From: Utricularia gibba
Taxonomy: Eukaryota; Plantae; Magnoliophyta
DNA length: 64,000 nt
Assembly (NCBI GenBank): GCA_002189035.1
Contig: NEEC01000004.1
Location: forward strand, 1,674,001 to 1,738,000
Direction of reading: 5' to 3'
Position 1 is the stretch's first letter; each line of letters starts with the position of its first letter. Position numbers and translations under genes: made by a program. The notes under the pieces are model-generated. The model saw only the letters and a program-made list of their open reading frames with translations, searched no databases and was not told the DNA's origin. Positions 1-12,782 of the stretch are shown one piece after another.

Positions 1-439
1 TACTCCACCAACCAATACTCGTAGATGGTAGACATGATCTTTGTTCTAGTGTTTCACACCAAGCGCTGTAGCACAAGAGGGATGCGGAAGAAGACCTTGA
101 ATTCACATTTCACCCGATTTTTCTTTCTTTCCCTAGCATGCCATCCACCCTCTAGACTACTTTCTTCCCATTGCAATTTGGCCAACCTCTCAAATGACAA
201 TACAACCAGATTTGTAAGGTCGCTGTGTAAGTAACCAATCTTTCACCTTCACCTACACTGGAATACTCCTTACCTGGTTCTGGGCGTATGAAAAAAAACC
301 TCAAGATCAAACAAAACCCTAGAAAAAGCTCAAGTTGTTATCTAATCCACAACAAATCTTCATCCATAGGAAGGTATCTGCACAATCAAGCGGCACAATC
401 AGGTCATCCGATACAACACACAAGAAATGTAAAGAGGGA

Positions 440-545
440 GATGGAAGAACGTGATATTGGCACGGCTCAATCAAAGAACCAAGCTCTTGTTCAACAGGGA
501 GCAAAGGCTTTCTAATTGAACCGCACCAATATCCCGTTTTCTGAT
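440..545 (-). ncRNA. MIR171: MIR171 microRNA precursor hairpin
   Basis: The minus strand at 473-453 reads UGAUUGAGCCGUGCCAAUAUC, the conserved miR171 mature sequence. The 5' arm at 533-513 (GAUAUUGGUGCGGUUCAAUUA) pairs with it over all 21 nt, including G-U pairs. The predicted star strand is 531-511. The supplied ORF 319-639 is incidental. Confidence 0.95.
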
Positions 546-661
546 AGCAAAACCCCTCAAGAACAACTATTACCTGACCTTCACAGAAATCTGCAAGGAG
601 TGGCCTTCTTTCATGGGAGTTGAAAGAAACAAGCAGCAACTAACTGGTACCAGTAATAGCG

Positions 662-667
662 TTTATA
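662..667 (-). promoter_or_regulatory. Candidate TATA box of pri-MIR171
   Basis: TATAAA on the minus strand about 120 nt upstream of the hairpin. A telo-box (AAACCCTAA) lies at 778-786. Confidence 0.5.
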
Positions 668-1542
668 AATAGGCGGCACTTGCGCTGTAGATTTGATGAG
701 TGGAACTCCCCGTGTCTTAATTGGAGAAGAACCAGCAATTGGGAAAAAAAACAAAGGTGGATGGTGAGGCTTTTCGATTAGGGTTTAGGTGAAATCGTGT
801 GTTCCATGTTGTGTGAAATAGTTTTTATTTTTATAAAAATATTTTAAAAATAATTTATTTAATAAATACGAGTAATTTTTACTCTAAAAATCAAAATAGT
901 CTAAAAATTCATCTTGTTTTTAAAAATTCAACTATTATTTTATAGAATTAGTAACGTGGTCAGTTATTTCATTTGGATGGAATTTTAAATATAATTTTAT
1001 ATTCATAAAATGGGGGGTGACAACAAAAAGGTGAGCATATTTAGTGTAAAGCAATGTGACAACGAAAAGGATCGCTGTACCAAATCTGCACGTTTATTAC
1101 TTGCATTCATGTGGTCGGCAAAAAGACCATGCCGTCATAAATGCGTAGCCCATCCGCCTCTGAAATTTCGGTCCCGGTAGCTCCCCTCGAGTGCCGTTTC
1201 TTGATTTCTCGGAATTTATGAAGGATGCTGCCACTTCGCACTGTTTCCCATACACGATCTCGGCGACTTGTTTCGTCGCGACCAGCACTTGACTGTTGAG
1301 GTGAAATCTGGTGCCCATTCTAGGTAGTAAACATTTGCAGGCGCCCTGTTTTGTCGTTTCTTTTGTGAGGTGGAAAGAATCCTTTGCATGTCCGCACGCT
1401 AGATAGATATCGATTTCTGTACTTTGCGTGTGCGTTTTCGCTTCTAATTGGGTGTGGGGGCTTGGTGAATTTTGTGGTTCTAATGTTTTGCTTCTTCCGC
1501 CGCCTGAAACTTACAGCGGAAGATAAAAAATTGAATCTTGAC

Positions 1543-2656
<1,114 letters not shown>

Positions 2657-2882
2657 TAATTCTAGTATAGCTATTGTCCATTGCTTCCCTTCTGTATGCT
2701 TGCTTGCTTCCTCTGTTAGATGCCCCATAAGCCTGTGTTTGTTTCTTGTAATTCGATCTACATGTTATTCATAGCAAACTGATTTCTTTGCTGAATAGTG
2801 GAGTCTGTTACAAATTCCCATACTAAAGATGCAATACAACAACGCCAATGTAGAGCTCTGCATCACAAATCAACATCAAAGG

Positions 2883-3110
2883 TCACTCCGTGGCGGAAGT
2901 GGTCTTCTTCTTGAACTTGCTTTTCAGCCACTTGATTCCCTTCGATGGTCCTTTCCCAAGTCTTTGTAAACCAGCCATGGCCCCGCCGGACTGAGACGCA
3001 GGGGCTGCAGCCGCCTTTTCCCCCGCCGTACCTTCATTCTTCGCATCCGGGATCGTACCAAATCCTCCCTCCCCCCATTGATCCGCCCAGCTCGTGCCCT
3101 CTGCAGCCAT
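2883..3110 (-). CDS. Small uncharacterised plant protein (SWADQW motif, basic C-terminus)
   Basis: Single-exon 75-aa ORF, MAAEGTSWADQWGEGGFG...GIKWLKSKFKKKT. It resembles a conserved plant small-protein family (recalled). Confidence 0.7.
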   Translation of the reverse strand: MAAEGTSWADQWGEGGFGTIPDAKNEGTAGEKAAAAPASQSGGAMAGLQRLGKGPSKGIKWLKSKFKKKTTSATE

Positions 3111-3260
3111 TGTTGATCAGTTCGCCGGAAAACAGACAGGGCGGTCGGAGTTATGCAGAAGGCGGAGAGACTTGAGGGAAGAGGAAGGGATCAGTTGGGT
3201 AAGGTGTACTTGACATGAAAACAGCTACATGCCAACTCATTATTTTCTTTTTATTATTAC

Positions 3261-3287
3261 AGCCCATGGGCCACACACGTATGGGCT
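3261..3287. promoter_or_regulatory. Site II (TGGGCY) cluster in a 272-bp divergent promoter
   Basis: AGCCCA 3261-3266, TGGGCC 3267-3272 and TGGGCT 3282-3287 lie between head-to-head starts at 3110 (-) and 3383 (+). Confidence 0.55.
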
Positions 3288-3382
3288 TGTTCTATAAACA
3301 TTTTGTTGTATTGATAGCGACGGCGGATTGCTTGAATGTTGAACAAATCTTCCTTCATTCGTCTGATTGATATGCTGCTAGA

Positions 3383-5480
3383 ATGCTGAAGGCAATTCAG
3401 ATTCTTGGTTCTTCTTCTACAATTGGGTGTTTTTCCCTTCCGAGCAGAGTGAACAAATCCCGTACGAAATTCTATTTCATTCCAAAAAGGCCAATTTTTT
3501 GTTCTTTCATTTCATTTAGATTCATCAGTACGCGTTCAGTGGGTGATCAATCTCGGAGAGGCTTCACAGTTGTTGGAGCTTTTCAGATGTCTCACAATAT
3601 TTCCCACGGCCCTTTTGCGTCGTTTCAGCAGTCCACGACTAATGCGATCCCAAGTGTAATCTCTGCGTCCTGTTGCGGCTTTTCTGTTTTTTATTTATTT
3701 GAGTTCTTGCTTGCTTTTAATCCGGATTCTGAATCAAGTTCGGGAGGTCTTTGATTCGTATGAAGTTGGTTTCAGTTCGGCGTTTTCTGTAAAAATTGTG
3801 GGTGAGCAATACAGTGGTACTTTGCAACTGAGTCAAACAAACTGCCGTGGTCTGTTATCGTGGTAAGAATGGGAAGGTGATTCTTGTGGAGAAGATGTTC
3901 ATTACGGTCGCTTTTCCTTGTGAATCTAACTGTTGGTAAAGCAACAGCACTCCGAGTTGATTGCAGTTTCCGTTGGTTTCTGCTTATTAGAAATCTTTCG
4001 TTTAACTAGTTGCTTTTGTATTCTAAACATCAATTCCCCATTTCTCTTGTCCTGTTTCTCCTCCCAATTCCCATTAGTAAGAATATCTACAAATGGATTT
4101 TAGGCACAATCTCCAAAAGTCAATTTCTGCCAAAGGTGCGGCGGGGCAACAAAGCATGAGAAACCTGCTGGGGATGAAAAAATGCGAGCTATTTGCACGT
4201 TGTGTGGGAAAGTTAGTTATGAGAATCCAAAAATGGTGAGTCTCATGTGATGGTTTAGCTATGCCGTGTGTTCTGATGATCCTACTGTCACCTAATTCTG
4301 TAAGAAATTTGGATATATGAGGTCGTGGATCATGTTTGTTTACCTTTGACAACTCGAGTGTTATGCTTGAATGTAGATTTGTAAGATTTTTGTGCTGTAG
4401 AATCGCTGAATTCTTTCATGAGCCACCACTCTTATTTTTCAGCATGGACCATGATTAGCGGTCATGAAGTTATCCATCTTTTTGTGTGTCCCGTTGCTGC
4501 CTCTGTGCTGCTTCGCTTTCTGTCATGTGTATCTGGTTTTCCTTGGAAAATATGTTTCACTGATACTTAGCAAACTGGTCTTCCTGCAAATTCGGAATTT
4601 CTGGCTGTCTGGCGTTCTTCTAGTTACCAACTCCAATATCTATTTCATGTTCATCTAACAGATTGTAGGTTGCCTCATTGAGCACGAGAACAAGATTCTT
4701 TTGTGTAAAAGGAATATTCAACCGTCTTTCGGCCTTTGGTAGTTGGACGAAGCCTTTTTTGTTGCCCTATCCGGTGCTGCTATAGTATTTACTGTTAGTA
4801 TGCAGGACTCTTCCTGCTGGTTACATGGAGATTGGTGAGTCTGCGTGTGAAGGAGCAGTTCGGGAAACACACGAGGAAGCAAATGCAGAAGTCGAAATCC
4901 TCTCACCATTTGCTCAACTGGACATACCTTTAATCGGCCAAGTATTAACCTTTCTCTTCACGAACCATGATTTTCTCTAGTGCACTGATATCACTTGATC
5001 CACCAACATGTTACAGACGTACATGATTTTCCTAGCAAAGTTGAAGAGCCCACATTTTTCACCTGGACCGGAATCAATGGAATGTAGACTTTTTGCACTC
5101 GATGATATTCCTTTTGACTCTTTGGCTTTCTCATCCATGCTAGTGACCCTAAAATTAGTGAGTTCCCACACTATATTTCTTGAAACTTGTTTGCTTCATT
5201 CGATGTAAGATTTTATGTGATGCTTGAGGATTTAGTATGTGGAAGATAGAGAGTCAAGAGGCCCCAAGTTTCACTATGGCGTCATAAACAAAAGGTCTTT
5301 ATCCCTCATCTCCTATTGATCCCCACTCCCTTACCAATCGAGCTAGTCTCATGTTTAAAATACTTGTGTGACTGCCCCTTCATTGGAGTTTTATTATTGT
5401 TGTTGCTTGGTTTCTACAGACCGGGAACAGGACCTTCCGATATTCATGCATACAGTCTAGACCATCATTTCAAATGCTGA
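3383..5480 (+). CDS. NUDT23: Nudix hydrolase 23, chloroplastic (FAD pyrophosphatase-like)
   Basis: Transit-like exon MLKAIQILG.., zinc ribbon FCQRCGG..CTLCG..YENPKM, Nudix box [48 protein letters not shown] and end [16 protein letters not shown]. Seven exons with GT-AG introns. Confidence 0.93.
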
Positions 5481-5866
5481 CAACGACCATGGCTAAGCTC
5501 GGCCATCCTGTTGTGGCGGAATGGCTGGGGCTATACAGGTAGTAAATACTTCATGGGCGATTCTAATGGATTAAATCGATTGTGTCTAGTTAAATCTTGC
5601 TAGTGTGTTCCTCCTTTGACAGATATTTGAAAGCATGGTCGTTTATCAGCAAGCATGTTCGGACACACATTGTATAGTAATAAAATATTACCTTTTTGTT
5701 ATTCTAGTTCCAATTTCTCAGTTCGTCGTTTCCGACCGGATAATTGTTGAGCAGCGTAATATTGAATCGTACCCGGTGACAAACATTACTACTGTTACCC
5801 TGTACTGTAATCAACAAAAAGTCCCAAAAAGTCTCATTTTTTTGAATTGAGAAGCTCCAAACAGGG

Positions 5867-8486
5867 ATGCTTACAAATTCAAAATTTCTACCTTTTCGAT
5901 TTCCGTCAGTGCTACAAAATGTACGATCAGCTCTCCTCGGCGTGATTCCTTCAAAGAAACCATTTTTTTCAGGCATCGGGATGTCGAGTCCCAGGTGGTC
6001 ATGCTCCAACTGCACATTCCTAAACCCACAATCCCAGACATCATGCTGTGAAATGTGTTTATCACCCAGAATGGGGCTCGCGCCTCAATCCTCAGCCGCT
6101 GCGCCGTTGCTGTCAGATGATGCAAAGTGGTCATGTTCCTCTTGCACGTTCCTGAATCCGTACACCCTCTCATCCTGCGAAATCTGCGGCACTCGCTATT
6201 CCACAAGTCTCTTGTCAGTGCTTGAGTTAAGCGACGAGGAACTTCGTGGAACCCAGTTGGGTTCTTCTGCTTTCTTGCCGTTGAAATCCTGTGGCAATAA
6301 TAAGAGTTCGGGTATAGTGGATCATAAGTTTGATGTCGGGCATGCTGATTTTTCTGGTAAATCAAGGGGCTTTCAATCGTCAAATCAAAATGATTCGGGT
6401 AATCATGGGTTTATCGAAGCACTGAGGCCTTGCAGTAATAAAAGAAAAGAAAGGGGCGATGACGATGATCATGGCATTGTTCCTACTAATGCTAATGCTG
6501 TGGGAAGCAGGGCTGAAACTGGATCATTAGTAGGTCTGCATAATTACTTACAGCCGCTTTTGTTTTGTTTTTAGTCTCTTTGTTGCACCAAGGAACGAAT
6601 GGTCCTTAGTAAATGAGATCTTAAACATGATGACCTTTAGTATAACCATCTGTTTGGCTTCCAATCCCCCAAGGAAAGAACAACATTATAAAATTTGTCA
6701 CCTGATATCCTTTTACATGTACGATGGCGGTTCAAGGTAGATTGAGTTTATTTTCCTGTATCTGATATTGACCCTCGTGTTGTATTAGTTCTTGAACAGA
6801 AAAATGATTGTTGATTCTGTATCATTAAAAGGAGACTTGGATTTGGGTACTTTGGTTCCGATTCTTTAGCCTGATTCCATGCATAACTAAAAGCTGGTTT
6901 TGGATTTTGAATTCTGTTACAATGCTATACCATACTGTAGTTCTCTGAAGAGGTCTCCTCTATGGTTCGCATATGTGTTGCATTTAGAAAAGATGGTCCT
7001 GTAAACTGTGCATGTTTCAGTAGGCTTATTACATTAATGTTCGGTCCATGTCGAAAGTTGATACTTTTTTCATGTATAGGCTGTACATGGAAAAGTTAAA
7101 ACATCCTCGGCTTCTGAAAGAACTAGCATTGTGATTGAATTAGCATTACATGATTCTGGGTGTTTGCATTTTCTGTGGGACATGGTATCCTTTTGGTGTA
7201 TCTGTAATCCTATTCGTTAGCTGTTATTTTTTGGTTGATGGAGTTTTTGGAGGTCTAGAATGTTGGTTCTTTAACGTTTACAGCAGCAATATGAATTTTA
7301 TTTTATTTTTTTTGCGTGATGTATCAAACGTGATGGATGAGTAATCTGAAAATCTGTCTGGGTGCAATCTGCTGAGCAGGTGGAACTCATTCGCTCATCG
7401 AGTCCAAAGTGTGGAAGATTATGACATACAACGTTTGGTTTCGTGAAGATGTTGAAATGCATAATAGGATGAGAGCACTGGGGAATCTTGTAGAACTGCA
7501 TTCACCTGATGCTATTTGCTTTCAGGTTTCTTCAAGCCTGAACGTCGATGTGTACAAATTATCGTTCTTTCTTCTTGCTGATTACTGCTATATGCTTCTA
7601 CAGGAGGTCACCCCTGATATCTATCAAATCTTCCGGACAAAAAATTGGTGGAGAAGGTATAGCTGCTCCATCTCAGATGACTCCATGTTCCCAGGTGGAT
7701 ATTTTTGCATGCAGGTAATGCGTTATTGCATTCATTTGCCTTGTCAGATCCTTGATATTGGGATTTAGACAAGCACGAGATAGAAATATCCTGGGAGTTT
7801 AGTGCAGCAATGTATGTAGCTGTGAAGTTTTTGACTGTTGATCTTTTTTCTTTTTTCATGTTCATGTGATGTAGTTAAGCAAACTTCCAGTCAAATCCTT
7901 TGGCTCCAGACCGTTTCATAATTCGATCATGGGGCGCGAGCTCCTCACAGTAGAAGCTGAAATACAGCCAGACATGCCAATCCTGATTGCTACAAGCCAT
8001 CTAGAAAGCCCTTGCCCTGCTCCTCCTAAATGGGATCAAATGTTCAGCAAGGAACGTGTGGTGCAGGCCAATGAGGCCATGGCCTGGCTTGGGAAGCACA
8101 AGAATGTGATCTTCTGTGGAGACATGAACTGGGATGATAAACTGGATGGTGCATTTCCATTGCCGGATGGATGGATAGATGCCTGGACGGAGCTCAAGCC
8201 CGGAGACAATGGATTCACCTACGACACCAAGGCTAACAAGATGTTGCATGGGAACAGGACTTTGCAGAAACGGCTGGACAGATTCGTGTGCAAGATGAAG
8301 GACTTCAAGGTGCAGAGAATCGAAATGATAGGGAAAGAAGAGATCCCAGGCGTTTCTTACATGAAGGAGAAGCGAGTGAAAGGTAAGGTGAAGCAGATGG
8401 AGCTTCCTGTTTTTCCTAGTGACCACTTTGGACTCATCTTGACGATAGGTAGGCGCTCGTCCCTCACCTCAGCAGCCAAGTCATGA
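5867..8486 (+). CDS. TDP2: Tyrosyl-DNA phosphodiesterase 2 (two RanBP2 zinc fingers plus EEP domain)
   Basis: Zinc fingers WSCSNCTFLN..CEMC and WSCSSCTFLN..CEIC. EEP motifs TYNVWF, FQEVT, ATSHLES, GDMNWD, TYD, KRLDRF and SDHFG. The internal exon structure between 6534 and 7380 is uncertain. Confidence 0.92.
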
Positions 8487-9407
8487 GCATATCCCTCCCA
8501 TCCCAGATGACACATGAGATCGTTTTTTGTGATACTCTTGAAAAATTTTCAGCTTTACGATTTTGAAGTGCTCAGCTGTATAAGGGTGGGAGTTCCTCAA
8601 GGACTTCTTGTCCTTCGTGTGCTTGGGAAGATCCAAAACACACAGCACCAGAAGTGCTCGGAAACATCTGCTAAGCAGCAGCTTTTCTGTCTTCGATCTC
8701 TTTGCTTCCTTGAATAGTTTTAGTAAGTTATCTCTTCTCTGTAGGAACATTCTCCAAAGCCGAGCTCTCTTTCTGTGTAACCATTTTGTTAGAGCCGCGT
8801 TTCTTGATTTGGAAATCCTTTTTCTTTTTTATGAGTAGCACATACGATTTTTTTCAGGTTCTAATAATCTTCTAGAACTCATAAAACTTGATGACTTGTG
8901 GAAAAAAATCACAACAATGTTGAAATTCTTCCCATTGCACAAAAAGTGGATGATTCCCAATTCGAAATTGGGGGAAATCAACCGTGTGTGACATATATAT
9001 GTATGTTTGCTAGCTACATTCCACAAAAATAGTGCCAAAAACTCCTTTAATCGATCAGGGGATGCACTTCAAGAGTCTCGAGACATTGACAACTGCTGAA
9101 GTCGTTTGCAGGTTTAGAAGATCAAGTCTTGAAAGCTACCAAAATCAGCAACTTTATGACGGACAATGCACGGTATTCGTTGGCATTGTGGTCCGCATTA
9201 CCAAAGAGTGTGCTTATCGGTACATCCCATGAAAACTCTGCGCAGATTTAGATGGCTCCCGAAGTAACGTTACAAATGATGACAGACCCATATTTCATTT
9301 TGGGGTGCTTGAGGAACTGATTACCAGTGTTCTCGCAGAAAAAAGCATGTGCACTCCTGATACTCGATGGAACCTTACGACAACTGCATACAGAGACACT
9401 CTTTGAA

Positions 9408-10583
9408 TCAGCTGAATGAGAAAATGGACTTGTAGTTTCTCCAATGTGGTAAACTCATATCCATCATTCTCTGCAAATTTGAGGTATAACCTTCCCATTC
9501 TGAAATAGCTGCAGAGAACCGGAAGCCACAAAATCTTCTTTGCAAGTTCTCCCGCCTCATTCCAAGTAGTTCCTCAGCCATTTGTGTGTCTTTAATAAAC
9601 ACATTTTTCAACCGTTTTACCATTTGTAGTTGCGATTCTGATTGTGTTACACTAAAGATGGGCGAAGGTTCCTTGTGATCATCCATCTCGGCCTTCCAAG
9701 TGTAAAACTGCACTACCTGAAGAGCATGAATTATATTCACGAATTCCCATTGTAACAGCTCATTGCCATGAACCAAGTACACAGGGCCATCCACTGATAG
9801 CAAAATCTTATCAGAAGAAGCAGAATCCATAACAGATGCAAGTCCACTGGAGAAACAAACATCGAAACCAAGCAAGTGCAATCTGGCATTGCAAATGTTG
9901 AATCCTGATTCAAATTTTGAAGCTTCTTCTGGTGGAAACCAGTACATATTATTCGATGCCAACACAGGGGAATACGGACACATCGAGCTTAAACAGCCAC
10001 TCATTAAAGAATCAGGCAAAAAATTTAAAAGATGAGCATCCTCATCAAATGCAGAATCACGGGTAAACCATAAAGTGAGGGTAGTTCTTTCCCCTTCAAG
10101 CACTTCATCAACACAATGGATATTTCTGTCATCAGCAGTATATATCAAAACATCACCAGCAGCAGGGGAAAAAGAAGAGGGCTCACCATCCCTGAAATGG
10201 AACAAACCACCATTGAAATCGACACCACGAGTTTTCAAATAGCATACCGCAGCGAAATCCCTTTGTCGGAGGTATTCCCGATTGTCATCGCTGTGCCATC
10301 CTATGCTTGCCCCTTTGCACCAACTGATTAGTCCGGTGAACTCAACGAAGAGCTCGTATTCGACACCGAAATGCTCCTCCACGATTTCCTTCAGCCGCTC
10401 CCTGATGGGGACGAAAGGCATAATCAGATGAGCGGAGTTGGTGGCGATCAGGTGGTGGAGTGTGGTGGAAAACACATTCCGGCGGTAACCCACCGCGCTG
10501 CAACTCTTGTGTATGAAATCCAGTTCCTTGCAGGTCTCCGGCGAGAGGAAATTGCGAAGTATTCGGCGAGGGTGATCGCCCAT
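9408..10583 (-). CDS. 2-oxoglutarate/Fe(II)-dependent oxygenase (prolyl 3-hydroxylase-like), intronless
   Basis: Uninterrupted 391-aa ORF with HxD (WHSDD), distal His (NIHCV) and Arg (GERTTLTLWF). It resembles Arabidopsis At1g68080-type proteins (recalled). Confidence 0.88.
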   Translation of the reverse strand: MGDHPRRILRNFLSPETCKELDFIHKSCSAVGYRRNVFSTTLHHLIATNSAHLIMPFVPIRERLKEIVEEHFGVEYELFVEFTGLISWCKGASIGWHSDDNREYLRQRDFAAVCYLKTRGVDFNGGLFHFRDGEPSSFSPAAGDVLIYTADDRNIHCVDEVLEGERTTLTLWFTRDSAFDEDAHLLNFLPDSLMSGCLSSMCPYSPVLASNNMYWFPPEEASKFESGFNICNARLHLLGFDVCFSSGLASVMDSASSDKILLSVDGPVYLVHGNELLQWEFVNIIHALQVVQFYTWKAEMDDHKEPSPIFSVTQSESQLQMVKRLKNVFIKDTQMAEELLGMRRENLQRRFCGFRFSAAISEWEGYTSNLQRMMDMSLPHWRNYKSIFSFS

Positions 10584-10724
10584 TGTTGAATTTCTTACGT
10601 TACACTGGGTTTCCCCTGGCTTCTGATCTCACATAGTTGTTCTTTTCTTGTGTTTGTGAGGAATAAATAAAATTAGGGTTCTAAACTCGTAAAAATCTAC
10701 AACACCATTAGATTAACGAGAGAG

Positions 10725-12212
10725 ATGTCGTCGTCGCCAGCGGAATCCGACCTCTTTTAGACCTCAACACCACCCCTGGCCCTGACTGATAACCCGAAGG
10801 AGTATTACACCGGCGGCGAGAAAAGGTTGGTTTCTAGTTTATCCTGATTCCTGGCAAAGTTACCCCTCTCGAGCCCTCTTGTGTTTAAATGTTTTCTCTG
10901 TTAGTAAACTGTTATGTATGATTTGGTTGCTCTCTTCTTTTTCTTCAGGAATTGGTTGTATGTTTTATGGATTGTCTCAAGTGTCGGAACTTGCTATGTT
11001 TCTCACTTGTGTACCGAGCATTCGCTCCAAGCTAACATATGCTGGTTTTGGAAGGATTATGTCATCCCTTACTATACATGATGAACACTTTGTTTCAGTG
11101 GTATGCTTGTTCAAGATCCATCAAAAGGTTATGATGTTGATGCATTTTTCGAGCAAGCCCGTCGGATTGCTCCTGCTCAGGTTCCCATACCAAATACTCA
11201 ACCTTCATCAACCTCCAGAACCTTCACTGGGACAGGAATATAACTGTCTGGTGAGAATGCAACAGTAGCTCCAGAGCAACCTGTATCGGCTGTGCACAAC
11301 GGTGTTTTCTGGAGAAATGGTTTTACTGTTAATGATGGCCTCTCAGAAGATTTGATGATCCTAAAAATACATCTTTTCTTGAGGTAATTAATACTTAAGA
11401 AACATTGCTATTTTCCTTCCACTTTTCCAATGCTTGAACTTTGAACTCAGTGGACTGGTTAGAAAAACTCTTGTAATCTATTATGCTTGTTGAACACAAT
11501 GGTGTGGACTTATGACGCCTGATCATATGTTTTTTTTAGGGCTTATTTAAGTCAGAGGTTCCGAAAGAGCTGGAGCAGGATGACCAGAGATCCCCCGTTC
11601 ATGTCAATTTAACAAGGAGAGTAGAAGATCGTCCGGTAAGTGCTTATGGTTCATAATTCCTCTTTGATCTTTCAGATTTTTATAAGCATACCAAAATTGT
11701 TTCTTGCTTTGTAGTTTTCACGTACCATGTGGTGCATGCCGATTTATTTTTAATCAATTGCGCAATTTCTTACATTGAAAATGCATTCACTTCCTTTTCT
11801 TTTAACCCTGTGATTCACTCTTCTATTCTTGTTGTTTTTTGCTCTTTAGGAGCCTGAGGTGCACCAAGTTCCATTTCAAGGAACAGGAAGAACTCTGGGT
11901 AGTAGCGCCTCAGTGACTGTACCAACTCCAGGATCAACAGCTCCAGCACCAATTCACATTGTTCCAGCGCCCCTTACCTGTAGAAAACTCACTCCCCTCA
12001 GGTTCAGTTCCGCTTCGGCTGGCTGATGGAACACGAGTGGTTGCTGGCTTCAACCATCATTACGCAGTAGCCGATATCCGGTCCTTTATTGATGCTTCAA
12101 GACCGAGCGGATCAAGATCATATCAAGTGGATTTCGCACTAAGGTAATCGTTGATGCCTCTCAGACCATTGAGAATGCTGGGTTCAATTCTGTGGTCATT
12201 CAGAAAATTTGA
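10725..12212 (+). pseudogene. PUX: Plant UBX-domain protein (p47/PUX3-4-5 type, SEP plus UBX) pseudogene
   Basis: Recognisable pieces: GIRPLLDLN, PKEYYTGGEKSGMLVQDP, FWRNGFTVNDG, PKELE..PVHVNL, PFQGTGRTLG, LRLADGTR, QTIENAG..NSVVIQK. Lesions: in-frame TAA (GTGI*LSGE, about 11240) and frameshifts near 10738, 10783, 11340 and 12127. Confidence 0.85.
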
Positions 12213-12782
12213 GCAACTCTCTCTGTATGTCTCCTGAATTTGGGATCTGTTGTGCATCAAGTACGTTAGAATAGAAGCTGAAATAACCTTCAGGAATGAA
12301 GGAGAGTATATTGCTTGACTTTCCCTAATATTCTTGTCATGGTACATACCTTGAAGGTATGGGTTTATTTCATTTGAGTCTTGCTAGTTATATTACTCTG
12401 CGGCACAATATCCACTGGGAACGTGGAGCCTATGAATTGCCAAAGTTGTAACATTGTCGTTAGTGAACATAGTGTGGTGAAGAAGCTTCCATTATGAACA
12501 AGGCACAGTGTATACCAATCTCTTTTCATTTTGAATGAAGAGATTGCTTGATAGGCATGCAGCGACAGATAGTTCCAATTATTCCATATAGGATGCAGCA
12601 GCTGACCTTGTAAACAACCATGACAGGGGAGGGTACTGGAAGGATGCGGAAGAAGAAGCCATGAAACAAACAAAACTTCTGAGGCATCATTGATTAAGAA
12701 GACAATGTTCTTCACATTCCATATGACGTGACAAAATTTAGAGGCGCCTACGGCTAGTGATGAGACTGCTCACAGACATCAC

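Noticed and set aside
319-639. 106-aa minus-strand ORF over the first 640 bp
   Set aside because: It has a non-ATG start and runs straight through the miR171 hairpin. The sequence is explained by the microRNA.
9100-9250. Exon-like 44-codon open frame between TDP2 and the oxygenase
   Set aside because: No recognisable homology, and TDP2 already ends with a complete SDH motif and stop.
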